From NCBI GenBank assembly GCA_965199495.1, contig CBDASK010000003.1, forward strand, positions 1,760,001 through 1,824,000: a DNA stretch of 64,000 nt. The letters run 5' to 3'. A program made the position numbers and the translations under genes. Each line of letters starts with the position of its first letter. Positions within the stretch are counted from its first letter, which is position 1. A model generated the notes under the pieces. The model had not been told where the DNA came from and did not search any database. It saw nothing but the letters and a program-made list of their open reading frames with translations. Positions 30,906-41,181 of this stretch are shown here, piece after piece. The stretch is from Abditibacterium sp. (GTDB lineage: Bacteria > Armatimonadota > Abditibacteriia > Abditibacteriales > Abditibacteriaceae).

Positions 30906-31682
30906 ATGAAACAACTTTTGCTTCTCACGTTATTGCTCGCTTTGGGCGGCGCCGCCAACGCGCAAACGGCGGCGCAAAAGTCGGTGGCGCGCCAGACTTT
31001 CGCGCAATTTCGGGCGCTCAATCAAAGCCAAAAACTAAATACAAACGCCGCGCGCGCCCTCGTGACGGGCGAGGCCAAAGAATACGTTAAGTCGCCGCAA
31101 CTCGGCCCGATGTCGGCGCCCGATGCGCTGGTTTTCCCCTCGCCCACGCGCGCTGTCGCGCGCGTTCAGGCGTTGGATGACAAAGGCAAACCGATGATGG
31201 ACATTTACTTCACGCTGCAACGGGAAGGCGCCCATTGGAAAGTCGGCGCCCTACGCGCGCTGGCGTTAACCGGCATGATAGAAGGCGCGCGCGACGAACT
31301 CAAAGCCAAGAAAAACCTGACGGCGCAAGAGCGCGATGAACTGGCGAACATGAATTTGGTGTTGTCGCTCGACGCCGATTTGAAGCGCCATTTCACGACG
31401 AACCAGAGCGCGTTCGAGCAACTCGCGCGACTGGCAAACCAGCCCAAACCTTCGGCTGGGGCGCAAAAGCAGTTGAAAGATTTGCAGCGCCAATTGCATC
31501 TCAATCAAGGCGCGCCGCTCGCGGGCAAAGACGGCGCGCGCGAGTTTGTCATCGGCGGCATCAGCGATAATTTGGTCGGCTACGGATATTCAAAATCGGG
31601 CGCGTTGCCGCCGATTTCGACCGAAGATTATATCTGGGTCGAACGATTGGCGCCGCACTGGTATTTTTTCCGCACAACATAA
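30906..31682 (+). CDS. Hypothetical secreted protein
   Basis: Signal peptide MKQLLLLTLLLALGGAANA; ends HWYFFRTT. Confidence 0.75.
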   Translation: MKQLLLLTLLLALGGAANAQTAAQKSVARQTFAQFRALNQSQKLNTNAARALVTGEAKEYVKSPQLGPMSAPDALVFPSPTRAVARVQALDDKGKPMMDIYFTLQREGAHWKVGALRALALTGMIEGARDELKAKKNLTAQERDELANMNLVLSLDADLKRHFTTNQSAFEQLARLANQPKPSAGAQKQLKDLQRQLHLNQGAPLAGKDGAREFVIGGISDNLVGYGYSKSGALPPISTEDYIWVERLAPHWYFFRTT

Positions 31683-31732
31683 ACGTTGTTGCGGGCATCT
31701 CGCTTGCCGTATTAAGCGCGCTTTATTTTCTT

Positions 31733-32401
31733 ATGCGAACGTCGTTCTTAACTTCTATTTTCCGCCAAGCCATGATCGGTATGGTTCTTGTTGTCGTTTC
31801 GCTACCGGTATTATTTCTGGCGCATAACGCGATGGGATTGGGCAAGCCGCCCCTGCCCGGCCTGATTTTATTGAGCGCATCCGTCGTAATTTCGATGGCC
31901 ATCGCCGGCGCGATTGGCGCAACGATGGCGCGGGCCAATGGCAACATCGTCGGCGCCGGTGTTATCGGTCTCATACTGGGGTTTATCGTCTGCACCGTCG
32001 TCGCGCCGCTTTACGGCGGCCTGATCATTGACAATCTCACGCGCCAAGCGAGCATGGCCGTGGCTGGCACGGTGCTGGGCCAAGACCCGGCAACTTTCGC
32101 GCGCGAAAAAGCCCTTGATGCGGGCAAGCAAACTCTAAGCGCCGCGCGCGAAGGCCGTTTGCGCGAAGAATTGGACAATTTGCGAATTCAAGCCCGCAAT
32201 GCAGCCACGCCGATGGCGCGCAAGCAAGCGGTGGATCGGGCGCAGCAAATTGTCAAAGAATTGGCGGCGGGGGGCAAAGATACCGGCGTGTCTCTGCTCA
32301 AATCGGGCGTCGCACAATTGTCGGCGTTCACGCTGCTGGTCTGGGCTTTAATCGGCCCACCAATGGGCGCGGCGTGGGAATGCCACAAAACTAAAAGATA
32401 A
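31733..32401 (+). CDS. Hypothetical membrane protein
   Basis: Three N-terminal and one C-terminal hydrophobic segments. Confidence 0.7.
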   Translation: MRTSFLTSIFRQAMIGMVLVVVSLPVLFLAHNAMGLGKPPLPGLILLSASVVISMAIAGAIGATMARANGNIVGAGVIGLILGFIVCTVVAPLYGGLIIDNLTRQASMAVAGTVLGQDPATFAREKALDAGKQTLSAAREGRLREELDNLRIQARNAATPMARKQAVDRAQQIVKELAAGGKDTGVSLLKSGVAQLSAFTLLVWALIGPPMGAAWECHKTKR

Positions 32402-32486
32402 TTGTCATCTTCACAATCGCGTTGTCTTGCCCGGCGAACTTCACTAAAATATGGGAATCTCAGCTTATCTGAGAGCTTTCTTAAAA

Positions 32487-33263
32487 ATGGATTTTTCTTG
32501 GATAAATAGCCCCGCCGGTTGGATCGCGCTTTTGACTTTAACTTTGCTCGAAATCGTTCTGGGCATTGATAACGTCATTTTCATCTCGATATTATCGGGC
32601 AAACTGCCGCTCGAACAACGCGACAAAGCGCGCAAATTAGGTTTGACGCTGGCGCTCGTCACGCGCATTTTGCTGTTGCTTGGCATCTCGTGGATCGCCA
32701 AATTGACGACGCCCTTATTCGAGTTACCTTTGGCGTGGGCGGGCATGGGCGAAGAACAGCGCGGCATTTCGGGCCGCGATATTATTCTTATCGTCGGCGG
32801 ATTATTTCTGCTGGCGAAGTCGGTTCACGAGATTCATCACAAACTCGAAGGCCACGATGACCCCGAATTAGCCAGCGTGGCTGCATCGTTCGCCTCGGTC
32901 ATCGCACAAATTTTGGTTTTGGATGTGGTGTTTTCGCTCGATAGCGTCATCACCGCCGTAGGCATGGCCGACAACATGACGATAATGATTGCAGCCGTGA
33001 TGATCGCCATCGGTTTCATGTTAATATTCGCCGGGCCGATCTCGAATTTCGTCGAAAAACATCCAACGGTCAAAATGCTGGCGCTTTCGTTTTTGCTGCT
33101 CATCGGCATGACTTTGGTCGCCGAAGGTTTCGAGCAACACATTCCCAAAGGCTACATTTACTTCGCGATGGCATTCGCCGTTATGGTTGAACTGTTGAAT
33201 TTGCGCTTGCGCAAACCAAACGATAAAGCGGTGGAGTTGCACGAACCGGATTCGGTAGGCTAA
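32487..33263 (+). CDS. terC: TerC family membrane protein
   Basis: LEIVLGIDN, DVVFSLDSVITAVG, HIPKGYIYFAMAF. Confidence 0.92.
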   Translation: MDFSWINSPAGWIALLTLTLLEIVLGIDNVIFISILSGKLPLEQRDKARKLGLTLALVTRILLLLGISWIAKLTTPLFELPLAWAGMGEEQRGISGRDIILIVGGLFLLAKSVHEIHHKLEGHDDPELASVAASFASVIAQILVLDVVFSLDSVITAVGMADNMTIMIAAVMIAIGFMLIFAGPISNFVEKHPTVKMLALSFLLLIGMTLVAEGFEQHIPKGYIYFAMAFAVMVELLNLRLRKPNDKAVELHEPDSVG

Positions 33264-33272
33264 TTCAAACAC

Positions 33273-33310
33273 AGAAAACCCCGCCGCTCTTTCGAGCGAC
33301 GGGGTTTTCT
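33273..33310. terminator. Bidirectional terminator between terC and fusA
   Basis: agaaaaccccgccgctc-tttc-gagcgacggggttttct. Confidence 0.85.
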
Positions 33311-33326
33311 ACATTCACGCAACGAA

Positions 33327-35450
33327 CTAACGCTTGACGCCGTTGACTGCTTCCAGAATTTCGGTCTGGACATTACTCGGCACCTGCGCGTATTTGCTCG
33401 GCTCCATCGTATACGTTGCGCGGCCCTGCGTCATCGAACGCATCGAGGTCGCGTAGCCGAACAGTTCCGACAACGGCACTTCGGCCTTGACGATTTGGGC
33501 GCCGCCTTTGTCGGGACGCATTTCGACGATCATGCCGCGACGAGAACTCAGGTCGCCGATGATGTCGCCCATGTTTGCTTCGGGCGTCACGACTTCCATC
33601 GCCATGATCGGCTCCAGAATCACCGGATTGGCTTTGCGAGCCGCCTCGCGCAGACCTTCGGCACCCGCCAACTCGAACGTCATCGCGTTGGAGTCCACGT
33701 CATGATACGAGCCGTGAACTAATTCGACGCGCACGTTTTCCAGCGGATAGCCCGCGATAATGCCGCGTTCCATCGCCGCTTTGCAGCCTTTTTCGACCGG
33801 CCCCCAGAACTCGCGCGGCACCACGCCGCCGACGACTTTGCTCTCGAACTCGAACGGCGCGCGCACGCCGTCTTCGTTTGGCTCGGTCGGCATCACGTTG
33901 ATGACGATGTCGGCGAACTGACCCGAACCGCCCGTCTGCTTCTTGTGAACGTAGCGATACTGGTCAACCGATTTGGTAATCGCCTCGCGATACGCCACTT
34001 GCGGCGCGCCGATGTTGGCCTCGACGTTGTATTCGCGCTTCATGCGATCCACCATGATTTCAAGGTGCAACTCGCCCATGCCGCCGATAATCGTCTGACC
34101 GGTTTCGGCGTCGTTGCGCACGCGGAAGGTCGGGTCTTCGCCCGCCAATTTCACCATCGCGTCGGTCATCTTCTGCTCGTCGGCCTTGGTTTTGGCCTCG
34201 ATGGACTGAAAGATAACCGGCTCGGCGAAGTTGATGTTTTCGAGCAGAATCGGGTTGTTCTCGTCGCAAATCGTGTCGCCCGTGACGGTGTCGGACATTC
34301 CGATGGCGGCGACGATGTCACCGGCTTCGGCGTAATCCAAATCCTTGCGGGTGTTGGCGTGCATCTGAAGGATGCGCGAGATGCGCTCTTTCTTGCCCTT
34401 GCCCGAATTCAAGACATACGAACCCTTCTGCAAGCGGCCCGAATAAACGCGAATGTAGGTCAGGCGACCGAACTTGTCCGAGACGATTTTGAACGCCAGC
34501 GCCGAGAATGGCTCGTCGGGCGAGGGCAGACGCGAAGTCGAATCTTCCGTGCCGGGGACGGTGCCCATGATGGCGGGCGTGTCAATCGGCGACGGCAAAA
34601 ACTCGATAACCGCGTCCAACATCGGCTGCACGCCCTTGTTCTTGTAGGACGAGCCGCAGACGACGCCGATGATGTCGGTTTTGAGCGTGGCGGCGCGGAT
34701 GCCCTTGCGGATTTCCTCTTCGGTCAGCTCGACGCCTTCCAGATATTTCTCCATCAATTCGTCGTCGGCCTCGGCAGCCACGTCCACCAACTGCGCGCGC
34801 AATTCGACGGCTTTGTCCATCAAATCGGCGGGAATTTCGCTTTCCGAAAACGTCGAACCCAACTTGTCGGATTCGGTGTAGCGGACGGCTTTCATGGTGA
34901 TCAAATCAACGACGCCCGCGAAATCGGCTTCGGCGCCGATGGGAATCTGAAGCGGGACGGGATTAGCGCCCAGACGCTCTTTCAACTGGCCCACGACTTC
35001 GTAGAAGTTGGCGCCATCGCGATCCATTTTGTTGATGTAGGCGATGCGCGGCACGCCGTAACGGTTGGCCTGACGCCACACGGTTTCGGATTGCGGCTGC
35101 ACGCCGCCCACGGCACAAAACACCGCGACGAGTCCGTCCAAAACGCGCAGGCTGCGCTCGACTTCGACGGTGAAGTCAACGTGTCCGGGCGTGTCGATGA
35201 TGTTGATGGTGTGCTGGGGGAACTGCTTTTTGGAGCCGTCCCAGAAGCACGCCGTGGCTGCACTTGTAATGGTGATGCCGCGTTCCTGTTCCTGGGCCAT
35301 CCAGTCCATCGTGGCGGCTCCGTCGTGGACTTCGCCGATGCGGTGGCTGACGCCGGTGTAGAACAAAATGCGTTCGGTTGTGGTAGTTTTACCGGCGTCG
35401 ATGTGAGCAGCGATACCGATGTTGCGAGTCAAAGAGAGGTCTTTCGCCAT
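33327..35450 (-). CDS. fusA: Elongation factor G
   Basis: [40 protein letters not shown]. Confidence 0.98.
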   Translation of the reverse strand: MAKDLSLTRNIGIAAHIDAGKTTTTERILFYTGVSHRIGEVHDGAATMDWMAQEQERGITITSAATACFWDGSKKQFPQHTINIIDTPGHVDFTVEVERSLRVLDGLVAVFCAVGGVQPQSETVWRQANRYGVPRIAYINKMDRDGANFYEVVGQLKERLGANPVPLQIPIGAEADFAGVVDLITMKAVRYTESDKLGSTFSESEIPADLMDKAVELRAQLVDVAAEADDELMEKYLEGVELTEEEIRKGIRAATLKTDIIGVVCGSSYKNKGVQPMLDAVIEFLPSPIDTPAIMGTVPGTEDSTSRLPSPDEPFSALAFKIVSDKFGRLTYIRVYSGRLQKGSYVLNSGKGKKERISRILQMHANTRKDLDYAEAGDIVAAIGMSDTVTGDTICDENNPILLENINFAEPVIFQSIEAKTKADEQKMTDAMVKLAGEDPTFRVRNDAETGQTIIGGMGELHLEIMVDRMKREYNVEANIGAPQVAYREAITKSVDQYRYVHKKQTGGSGQFADIVINVMPTEPNEDGVRAPFEFESKVVGGVVPREFWGPVEKGCKAAMERGIIAGYPLENVRVELVHGSYHDVDSNAMTFELAGAEGLREAARKANPVILEPIMAMEVVTPEANMGDIIGDLSSRRGMIVEMRPDKGGAQIVKAEVPLSELFGYATSMRSMTQGRATYTMEPSKYAQVPSNVQTEILEAVNGVKR

Positions 35451-35866
35451 GATGTTGGGGTTTCCTTGGGCCGTCTAAAAATTACGCGACGGCGAGAGTT
35501 GATTGTGAAATTGGTTGGTTACGGGCCAGTGGCCCCGGTTAGCAGACAAACAAAAACCGCAGAGAGATATTCCGTATTTGGATAGCGAGCGCACGAAGAT
35601 GAGACAAGTCGAAAAGCGAGTCGGCTTTAGATTAAGCCGTCTGCCCCGTTGTCGTCATCGTCGTCGCTGTCCATTGGATTATCTCGTCTGCGGTTTGAAA
35701 CGTTTGTCTGAAACTGTCGCGCCGCGCGTAACGCGGCACAAAACCGAGTTACATACGCGCAAAGCCGTTAAAGGTTGCGTGATTTTGTGGCGTTTGTCAA
35801 GGGCGTGGGATTCCTGATGATCTTGCGTTTTAACTTTTCTTCAGATGAATATTTTGTTTTACTGGG

Positions 35867-36169
35867 ATGATGCTTGGAACAATCCAAATTGACGGCAAAG
35901 AACTCTTGAAAGATGTGACTGTTTCCATCAGAGAGTTTGAAGATTTCGACTCACCATTGAAAGATTGTTATGGCTCTTTTCGTTTATCATCCTTTGAGAT
36001 TATACATACGCAAGAATTTGTTGAATTTTGCAATAGTGTTTATAATAACATCAGCCCTGTTAAGTTGAATTTAGAAGATGAGCATTCCTTTATTATAATG
36101 ATTGAAGATTGCCGACCCAGTGCATCTACTTCTCTTATTTACTTCAAAGTTTTAGAAGTATTAATTTAG
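35867..36169 (+). CDS. Hypothetical protein in AT-rich islet
   Basis: 100-aa ORF in AT-rich DNA. Confidence 0.5.
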   Translation: MMLGTIQIDGKELLKDVTVSIREFEDFDSPLKDCYGSFRLSSFEIIHTQEFVEFCNSVYNNISPVKLNLEDEHSFIIMIEDCRPSASTSLIYFKVLEVLI

Positions 36170-36183
36170 GAATCAAGAGAAAC

Positions 36184-36564
36184 ATGACCTTCAAAACAAA
36201 AAAATTCAACAAACGTAAATTCTTTGTCTCAGCATTATCGATTGTAGCCCTCATCTCTTTGACATCGTGCGCAAAGGAAGAGAAGTCCTATACAGTTGTG
36301 TATGAAGTGACAGGAACAGCTAAAAGTGTAGATATATTTTACACGACAGATAGTGTCAACAAAGATGCTGCAAACTCAGTTTCTTTGCCTTGGACTAAAA
36401 CTGTGACCGCCAAGTCCGAAACACCAATAGCAATGGCTATTCAGAATGTATCTGATGGAGGAACCATCGAGGGTAGAATCACTGTTAACGATCAAGAGGT
36501 GAAAACTTGTAGCTCAACTGGGCCAGATTCAATTGCAGAATGTGGAGCAGGATTGTTAGAGTGA
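36184..36564 (+). CDS. MmpS-like lipoprotein
   Basis: LTSC lipobox; VVYEVTG..SLPWTKTV..GRITVND..C. Confidence 0.7.
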   Translation: MTFKTKKFNKRKFFVSALSIVALISLTSCAKEEKSYTVVYEVTGTAKSVDIFYTTDSVNKDAANSVSLPWTKTVTAKSETPIAMAIQNVSDGGTIEGRITVNDQEVKTCSSTGPDSIAECGAGLLE

Positions 36565-36582
36565 AGTGAGAGGCTTTGCCTT

Positions 36583-36834
36583 TCATTCCGTTTTGCGGGC
36601 GCGACGCAAATTGTCCAACGTTTTGCGCGTGCCGGGATTGGCTCGATTTTCTTCGCGCGCGCGATTCGCAGCAGCCACGTCGCGTTCGTCCTCCAACTCT
36701 TCGCGTTCTTCATCTCTCAGAGTGGAAACCGCCAAACGCCGCGCGATTTCGGCTTCGACCGAAACGCCGCGCTCGGCGGCTTGCTCGCGCGGGCGCGCTT
36801 CGAGTTGCGGTTCGATTTCGATGGTGAGTGACAT
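36583..36834 (-). CDS. Putative antitoxin-like small protein
   Basis: MSLTIEIEPQLEAR..QAAERGVSVE pattern with acidic middle. Confidence 0.55.
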   Translation of the reverse strand: MSLTIEIEPQLEARPREQAAERGVSVEAEIARRLAVSTLRDEEREELEDERDVAAANRAREENRANPGTRKTLDNLRRARKTE

Positions 36835-36843
36835 AATCTAAAT

Positions 36844-37310
36844 TTACCTTTTCGCTTTCCAATAATCCCGGAAGGCGCGCAGACGTTCCAGCGATTCGCG
36901 GTCTTTGCGGCGGTTGGCGGCTTCTTTGGAGCCGATAATATCGTCGGGATGGCAGACCATAAAACCCTCGACTTCGACGCGACGGGCCAAGCGTCTTCAA
37001 AGCGTTCGATGCCGTCGGGCGCGAAAATCAAATCTAAATCGAATGGGCCGTTTTTCAGTTGAACGAAATCTTTGCCCTGCCGAATCCACATTTGGTCGTT
37101 TTCGTCCAGCTCAAATTCGAGTTCTTCCAATGCGGACACTAATGCCTCGCCGTTTTCGGGCGACTTCTCGACGTAAACGTCGGCGTCTTGGGTTGTGTCG
37201 GGATAGCCCAACAAAATCGCGCCCGATTTGCCGATGAACAAATATTTCACGCCGTGTTTGGTGAACGTGTCGCGGATTTCCTCGGCTTGCCGATATTCAA
37301 AAGTCGCCAT
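36844..37310 (-). pseudogene. Frameshifted nucleotidyltransferase-like (DUF6036/AbiEii-like) gene
   Basis: YLFIGKSGAILLGYPDTTQDADV..DLIFAPDGIERFEDAW, then 1-nt loss near 36987; the other frame continues RRVEVEGFMVCHPDDIIGSKEAANRRKDRESLERL. Confidence 0.75.
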
Positions 37311-37311
37311 T

Positions 37312-37518
37312 TTATTTGCGGCTGTAACCCAACCAATCGGGCAAATTGTCTTCGCACCATTGGCGGTATTCTTCCATCGTTTCCCACGAGCGCGACGGCG
37401 CATCGTCTAAGACCGGTTTGTAGGTTTTGATGAACGCGTATTTGAAACGCTGCTTGAGCGGGCGGCGCGCGGCGGCCTCAAATTCGGCGAGCCATTCATC
37501 GGGAATCGGTTTAGACAT
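37312..37518 (-). CDS. Small partner protein upstream of the nucleotidyltransferase
   Basis: 68 aa, ends 1 nt before the NTase start; aggag RBS. Confidence 0.7.
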   Translation of the reverse strand: MSKPIPDEWLAEFEAAARRPLKQRFKYAFIKTYKPVLDDAPSRSWETMEEYRQWCEDNLPDWLGYSRK

Positions 37519-37625
37519 GAAAATTTAGCTCATCGCTCCTTTTCCTCTTTGATAGTTTAACGCGCCAATTCTACGGGAGCGAATTTATTTCGCATACGTA
37601 TATTTAGTAGGCTTACTAAATTTCG

Positions 37626-38045
37626 ATGGAAGAAACTCGCATTATTTCGCGCATCGGGCGCATTCGTAAAGCGCTCAAGCGCGAGTTCGAGTTGCGGGCG
37701 GCGCCGCTCGAAATTACGTCGTCGCAGTTGCAGGTTTTGCGGCGATTGTGGCAAGGCGATGGTATCACGACTTCGGTTTTGACCTGCGAGTGCGCGTCCG
37801 ATGGCGGAACGGTGACTGGCATTTTGGATCGGCTGGAGCGCAAAGAGTTGATTCGACGCGAGCGTAGCCACGCCGACCGGCGCGTGGTGCAAATTTGGCT
37901 CACCGATGCGGGCCGCGACTTGCAAGAGCCGTTGACCAACATCATCGAAGAAATCAATCAAACGGCTCTGACGGGGTTAAATGAAAAAGAGCGAGAACAA
38001 TTAATTGAGGCGTTGGAGAAAGTCGCGGACAATCTCGATGCTTAA
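37626..38045 (+). CDS. MarR family regulator
   Basis: TVTGILDRLERKELIRR..DRRVVQIWLTDAG. Confidence 0.92.
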   Translation: MEETRIISRIGRIRKALKREFELRAAPLEITSSQLQVLRRLWQGDGITTSVLTCECASDGGTVTGILDRLERKELIRRERSHADRRVVQIWLTDAGRDLQEPLTNIIEEINQTALTGLNEKEREQLIEALEKVADNLDA

Positions 38046-38071
38046 ACGCTTCGTGCGTAATTTATGGAAAC

Positions 38072-38187
38072 CCCGTAGAGACACCGACCGGGTGCCCTTT
38101 GGGCGGATGTCTAAGATGTCAGAGTCGCAGCAACATTTACGTTTTTAGACATCCGTCCAAAGGGCACCGGGTCGGTGTCTCTACGGG
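38072..38187. repeat. GTAG-type REP-like inverted repeat
   Basis: cccgtagagacaccgaccgggtgccctttgggcggatgtctaa ... ttagacatccgtccaaagggcaccgggtcggtgtctctacggg. Confidence 0.85.
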
Positions 38188-38219
38188 AAGGCAGCATCTC
38201 GAAGAATAGATTAAACATT

Positions 38220-39554
38220 ATGACACCCAACCAAACTTCGCCCAATCGCGTGCAATTTATGCTGCGCGCGCTGCAACATCGCAATTATCGGCTGTTTTTC
38301 GGCGGGCAACTCGTGTCGCTGGTCGGCAACTGGATGACGCAGATCGCCATGACGTGGCTGGTCTATAAGCTCACCCATTCGGCCTGGACGCTCGGTTTGG
38401 TCGGCTTTTCCGGCCAGATTCCCGCGTTTTTGCTCGGCCCGTTCGCGGGCGTTATCGTTGACCGTTTGCCGCGTCACCGTTTGTTGGTTGTCACGCAAAT
38501 TGCGGCGATGATTCAGTCGGGGATTTTGGCGATTCTAACTTTAACGAATCATATTACCGTTCCACATATCATCGTTTTAATTGTGATTCAGGGAGTTATC
38601 AACGCATTCGATATTCCGGCGCGGCAGGCGTTTGTCGTTGAAATGGTGGACAACAAAGACGACCTGAGCAACGCCATCGCGCTCAACTCTTCAATGTTCA
38701 ATCTGGCGCGTCTGGCCGGGCCTGCCGTCGGCGGCCTTCTCATCGCTGCCGTGGGAGAAGGTTGGTGTTTCGCGCTCGATGCACTCAGTTATATTGCGGT
38801 GATTATCGCTCTGTTAATGATGCGCGTGGCGCCGCACGTCACGCAGTCGAAGCGCGGCAACGCCGTGCAGGAATTGCGCGAAGGTTTGGCTTACGTGGTG
38901 AAATCGGCGCCGATTAGCGCGATTTTGATTTTGCTGGCAGCCATGAGTTTGTTCGCCATGCCCTACGGCGTTTTGACGCCGATTGTCGCGGGCAAAACTC
39001 TGGGGGGCGGCCCGAATGTTCTGGGATATTTGATGGCGGCTTCGGGTTTTGGCGCGTTGTCTGCCGCCTTGGTTTTGGCGGCGCGCGCCAGCATTCGCGG
39101 ATTGGGCCGCCAAATTCCCTATTGCGTTGCCGCGTTTGGAATTGGCTTAATTGGCTTCGGATTTTCGACCAACTTGTATCTTTCGATGGCGCTTTTGTGG
39201 GTGATGGGTTTCGCGGGCATGACGCAGATGGCTTCGTGCAACACGATTTTGCAGACGATTGTCGAGGACGCCAAGCGCGGTCGCGTGATGAGTTTTTACA
39301 CGATGGCGTTCATGGGCGTGATGCCGTTTGGCAGTCTGGGCGCGGGCGCTCTGGCCGATCACATCGGCGTTTCACACACGCTCTTAATTGGCGGCATCGG
39401 TTGCCTCGCCGTGGCTGCGTGGTTCGGCACGCGCTATCCGGTTTTGCGCGACATCGTGCGCCCGATTTACGACCAAATGGGCATTGCGCCCGCCATCGCG
39501 CGCGGTCTGGATGACGCGGCAGAATTGAATACGCCGCCGGTCAGATCAGCGTAG
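38220..39554 (+). CDS. MFS transporter
   Basis: RNYRLFFGGQLVS, GVIVDRLPRHR, NAIALNS, RGRVMS. Confidence 0.9.
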   Translation: MTPNQTSPNRVQFMLRALQHRNYRLFFGGQLVSLVGNWMTQIAMTWLVYKLTHSAWTLGLVGFSGQIPAFLLGPFAGVIVDRLPRHRLLVVTQIAAMIQSGILAILTLTNHITVPHIIVLIVIQGVINAFDIPARQAFVVEMVDNKDDLSNAIALNSSMFNLARLAGPAVGGLLIAAVGEGWCFALDALSYIAVIIALLMMRVAPHVTQSKRGNAVQELREGLAYVVKSAPISAILILLAAMSLFAMPYGVLTPIVAGKTLGGGPNVLGYLMAASGFGALSAALVLAARASIRGLGRQIPYCVAAFGIGLIGFGFSTNLYLSMALLWVMGFAGMTQMASCNTILQTIVEDAKRGRVMSFYTMAFMGVMPFGSLGAGALADHIGVSHTLLIGGIGCLAVAAWFGTRYPVLRDIVRPIYDQMGIAPAIARGLDDAAELNTPPVRSA

Positions 39555-39579
39555 GTTTACAAATTCAAGGTAATTTTCT

Positions 39580-41181
39580 ATGGCAACTCAAACACTCGCT
39601 CAAAACGTGAACGATGAAGAAGAACTCAATCCCTATCGCTGGATCATTCTGTTTGGTCTGGTCACGGCGGCGATTTTGGAAGTTCTCGATACCACAATTG
39701 TCAACGTGGCGTTGCCGCAAATGGCGGGCAATCTGGGCGCGACTTTTCAGGAGATTAGTTGGGTTTCGACCGGCTACATTTTGTCCAACGTCGTGGTCTT
39801 GCCGATGACGGCGTGGCTGGCGGCGCGCTTCGGGCGCAAACGCTATCTGGCCGCCTCGATTTTGCTGTTTATGATCGCGTCGGCGCTCTGTGGCACGTCG
39901 CGGTCGCTGGGCGAATTGGTTTTGTGGCGCATCATGCAGGGCGCGGGCGGCGCGGCTTTGCTTTCGACGGCGCAATCCACCATCCGCGAAATTTTCCCGT
40001 TTGAACAGCAGGGCATGGTGCAGTCCATTTACGTGATGGGCCTGATTTGCGCGCCCACCGTTGGGCCGACATTGGGCGGCTGGATTACCGATAATTATTC
40101 GTGGCCGTGGGTCTTTTTCGTCAACATTCCCATCGGCATCATCTCTTTTTTCACCGTCACCAGCTTTTTGCAGGACAGCAAATTTAGCGTTGACGCCGGT
40201 AAAGTGGATTGGTGGGGCATCGGATTTTTGGCGGTCGGATTGTCGTCGCTGCAATACGTTTTGGAAGAAGGCAACCGCGAAGATTGGTTCGCCAGCACGC
40301 TCATCGTGCGGCTCTCGATTGTGTCGGCCATCAACATCGCGCTGTTTCTGTGGTGGGAACTTTCGTCCAAAAACAAACAGCCGATTGTCAATCTGCGCGT
40401 CTTGAAAAACCGCGATTTGAGCGCGGCGATGGCGCTGTTTCTGGCGCTGGGCTTTGGGCTTTACGGCGGCGTTTTCATCTTCCCATTGTTCGCCCAAAAC
40501 ATCCTGCATTTCACGCCGACGATCACCGGTTTGGTGTTGATGCCGGGCGCCATAGCCACCGGCGTCGCGGCGATTCTTTCCGGGCGTTTGCTCAACGGCG
40601 CCACGCAACGCATCAGCCCGCGCTATATCATTATTTTCGGCATGATCCTGTTCATCACCTCGATGTGGGATTTGGGCCATCTCACCATTTTTAGCGGCGA
40701 ACCCGACGTGCGAATCGCGCTGATTATTCGTGGCTTTGGTTTGGGCTGTCTGTTTTCGCCGATCAATCTGGCGGCGCTTTCTTCGCTGCGAGGCGCCGAA
40801 ATCCCGCAGGGCGTGAGCCTGCTCAACCTGATGCGACAGTTGGGCGGCTCGTTTGGTATCGCGTATTTAAGCACGCACATCGCCAACATGACGCAGAGGC
40901 ATCACGCCGATTTGGTGCAAAATATCTATCCCGGCAACCCCGCCTTTGAAGAGCGCATGAGCGCCATGACGGGCGCCTTCGTCGCCCGTGGCTACGATGC
41001 CGTTGATGCGCACACGGCGGCGCTGGCCAGCATCGCGGGCATGGTTCAAACGCAAGCCGCCGTGATGAGTTATAACGACGCGTTCTTGCTCATCGGTTTG
41101 GCGACGCTCATCGTTTCGCCGTGCGTTTTTCTGTTGCGCGCCAAGTTCACCAAAGTCGCGGGCGCCGATGCTGGACACTAA
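39580..41181 (+). CDS. DHA2/EmrB-type efflux MFS transporter
   Basis: LDTTIVNVALP, ARFGRKR, GPTLGGWIT, RQLGGSFG. Confidence 0.92.
   Translation: MATQTLAQNVNDEEELNPYRWIILFGLVTAAILEVLDTTIVNVALPQMAGNLGATFQEISWVSTGYILSNVVVLPMTAWLAARFGRKRYLAASILLFMIASALCGTSRSLGELVLWRIMQGAGGAALLSTAQSTIREIFPFEQQGMVQSIYVMGLICAPTVGPTLGGWITDNYSWPWVFFVNIPIGIISFFTVTSFLQDSKFSVDAGKVDWWGIGFLAVGLSSLQYVLEEGNREDWFASTLIVRLSIVSAINIALFLWWELSSKNKQPIVNLRVLKNRDLSAAMALFLALGFGLYGGVFIFPLFAQNILHFTPTITGLVLMPGAIATGVAAILSGRLLNGATQRISPRYIIIFGMILFITSMWDLGHLTIFSGEPDVRIALIIRGFGLGCLFSPINLAALSSLRGAEIPQGVSLLNLMRQLGGSFGIAYLSTHIANMTQRHHADLVQNIYPGNPAFEERMSAMTGAFVARGYDAVDAHTAALASIAGMVQTQAAVMSYNDAFLLIGLATLIVSPCVFLLRAKFTKVAGADAGH

Noticed and set aside
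32401..32486. yybP-ykoY riboswitch upstream of terC
   Set aside because: The gap is short and has no recognisable consensus.
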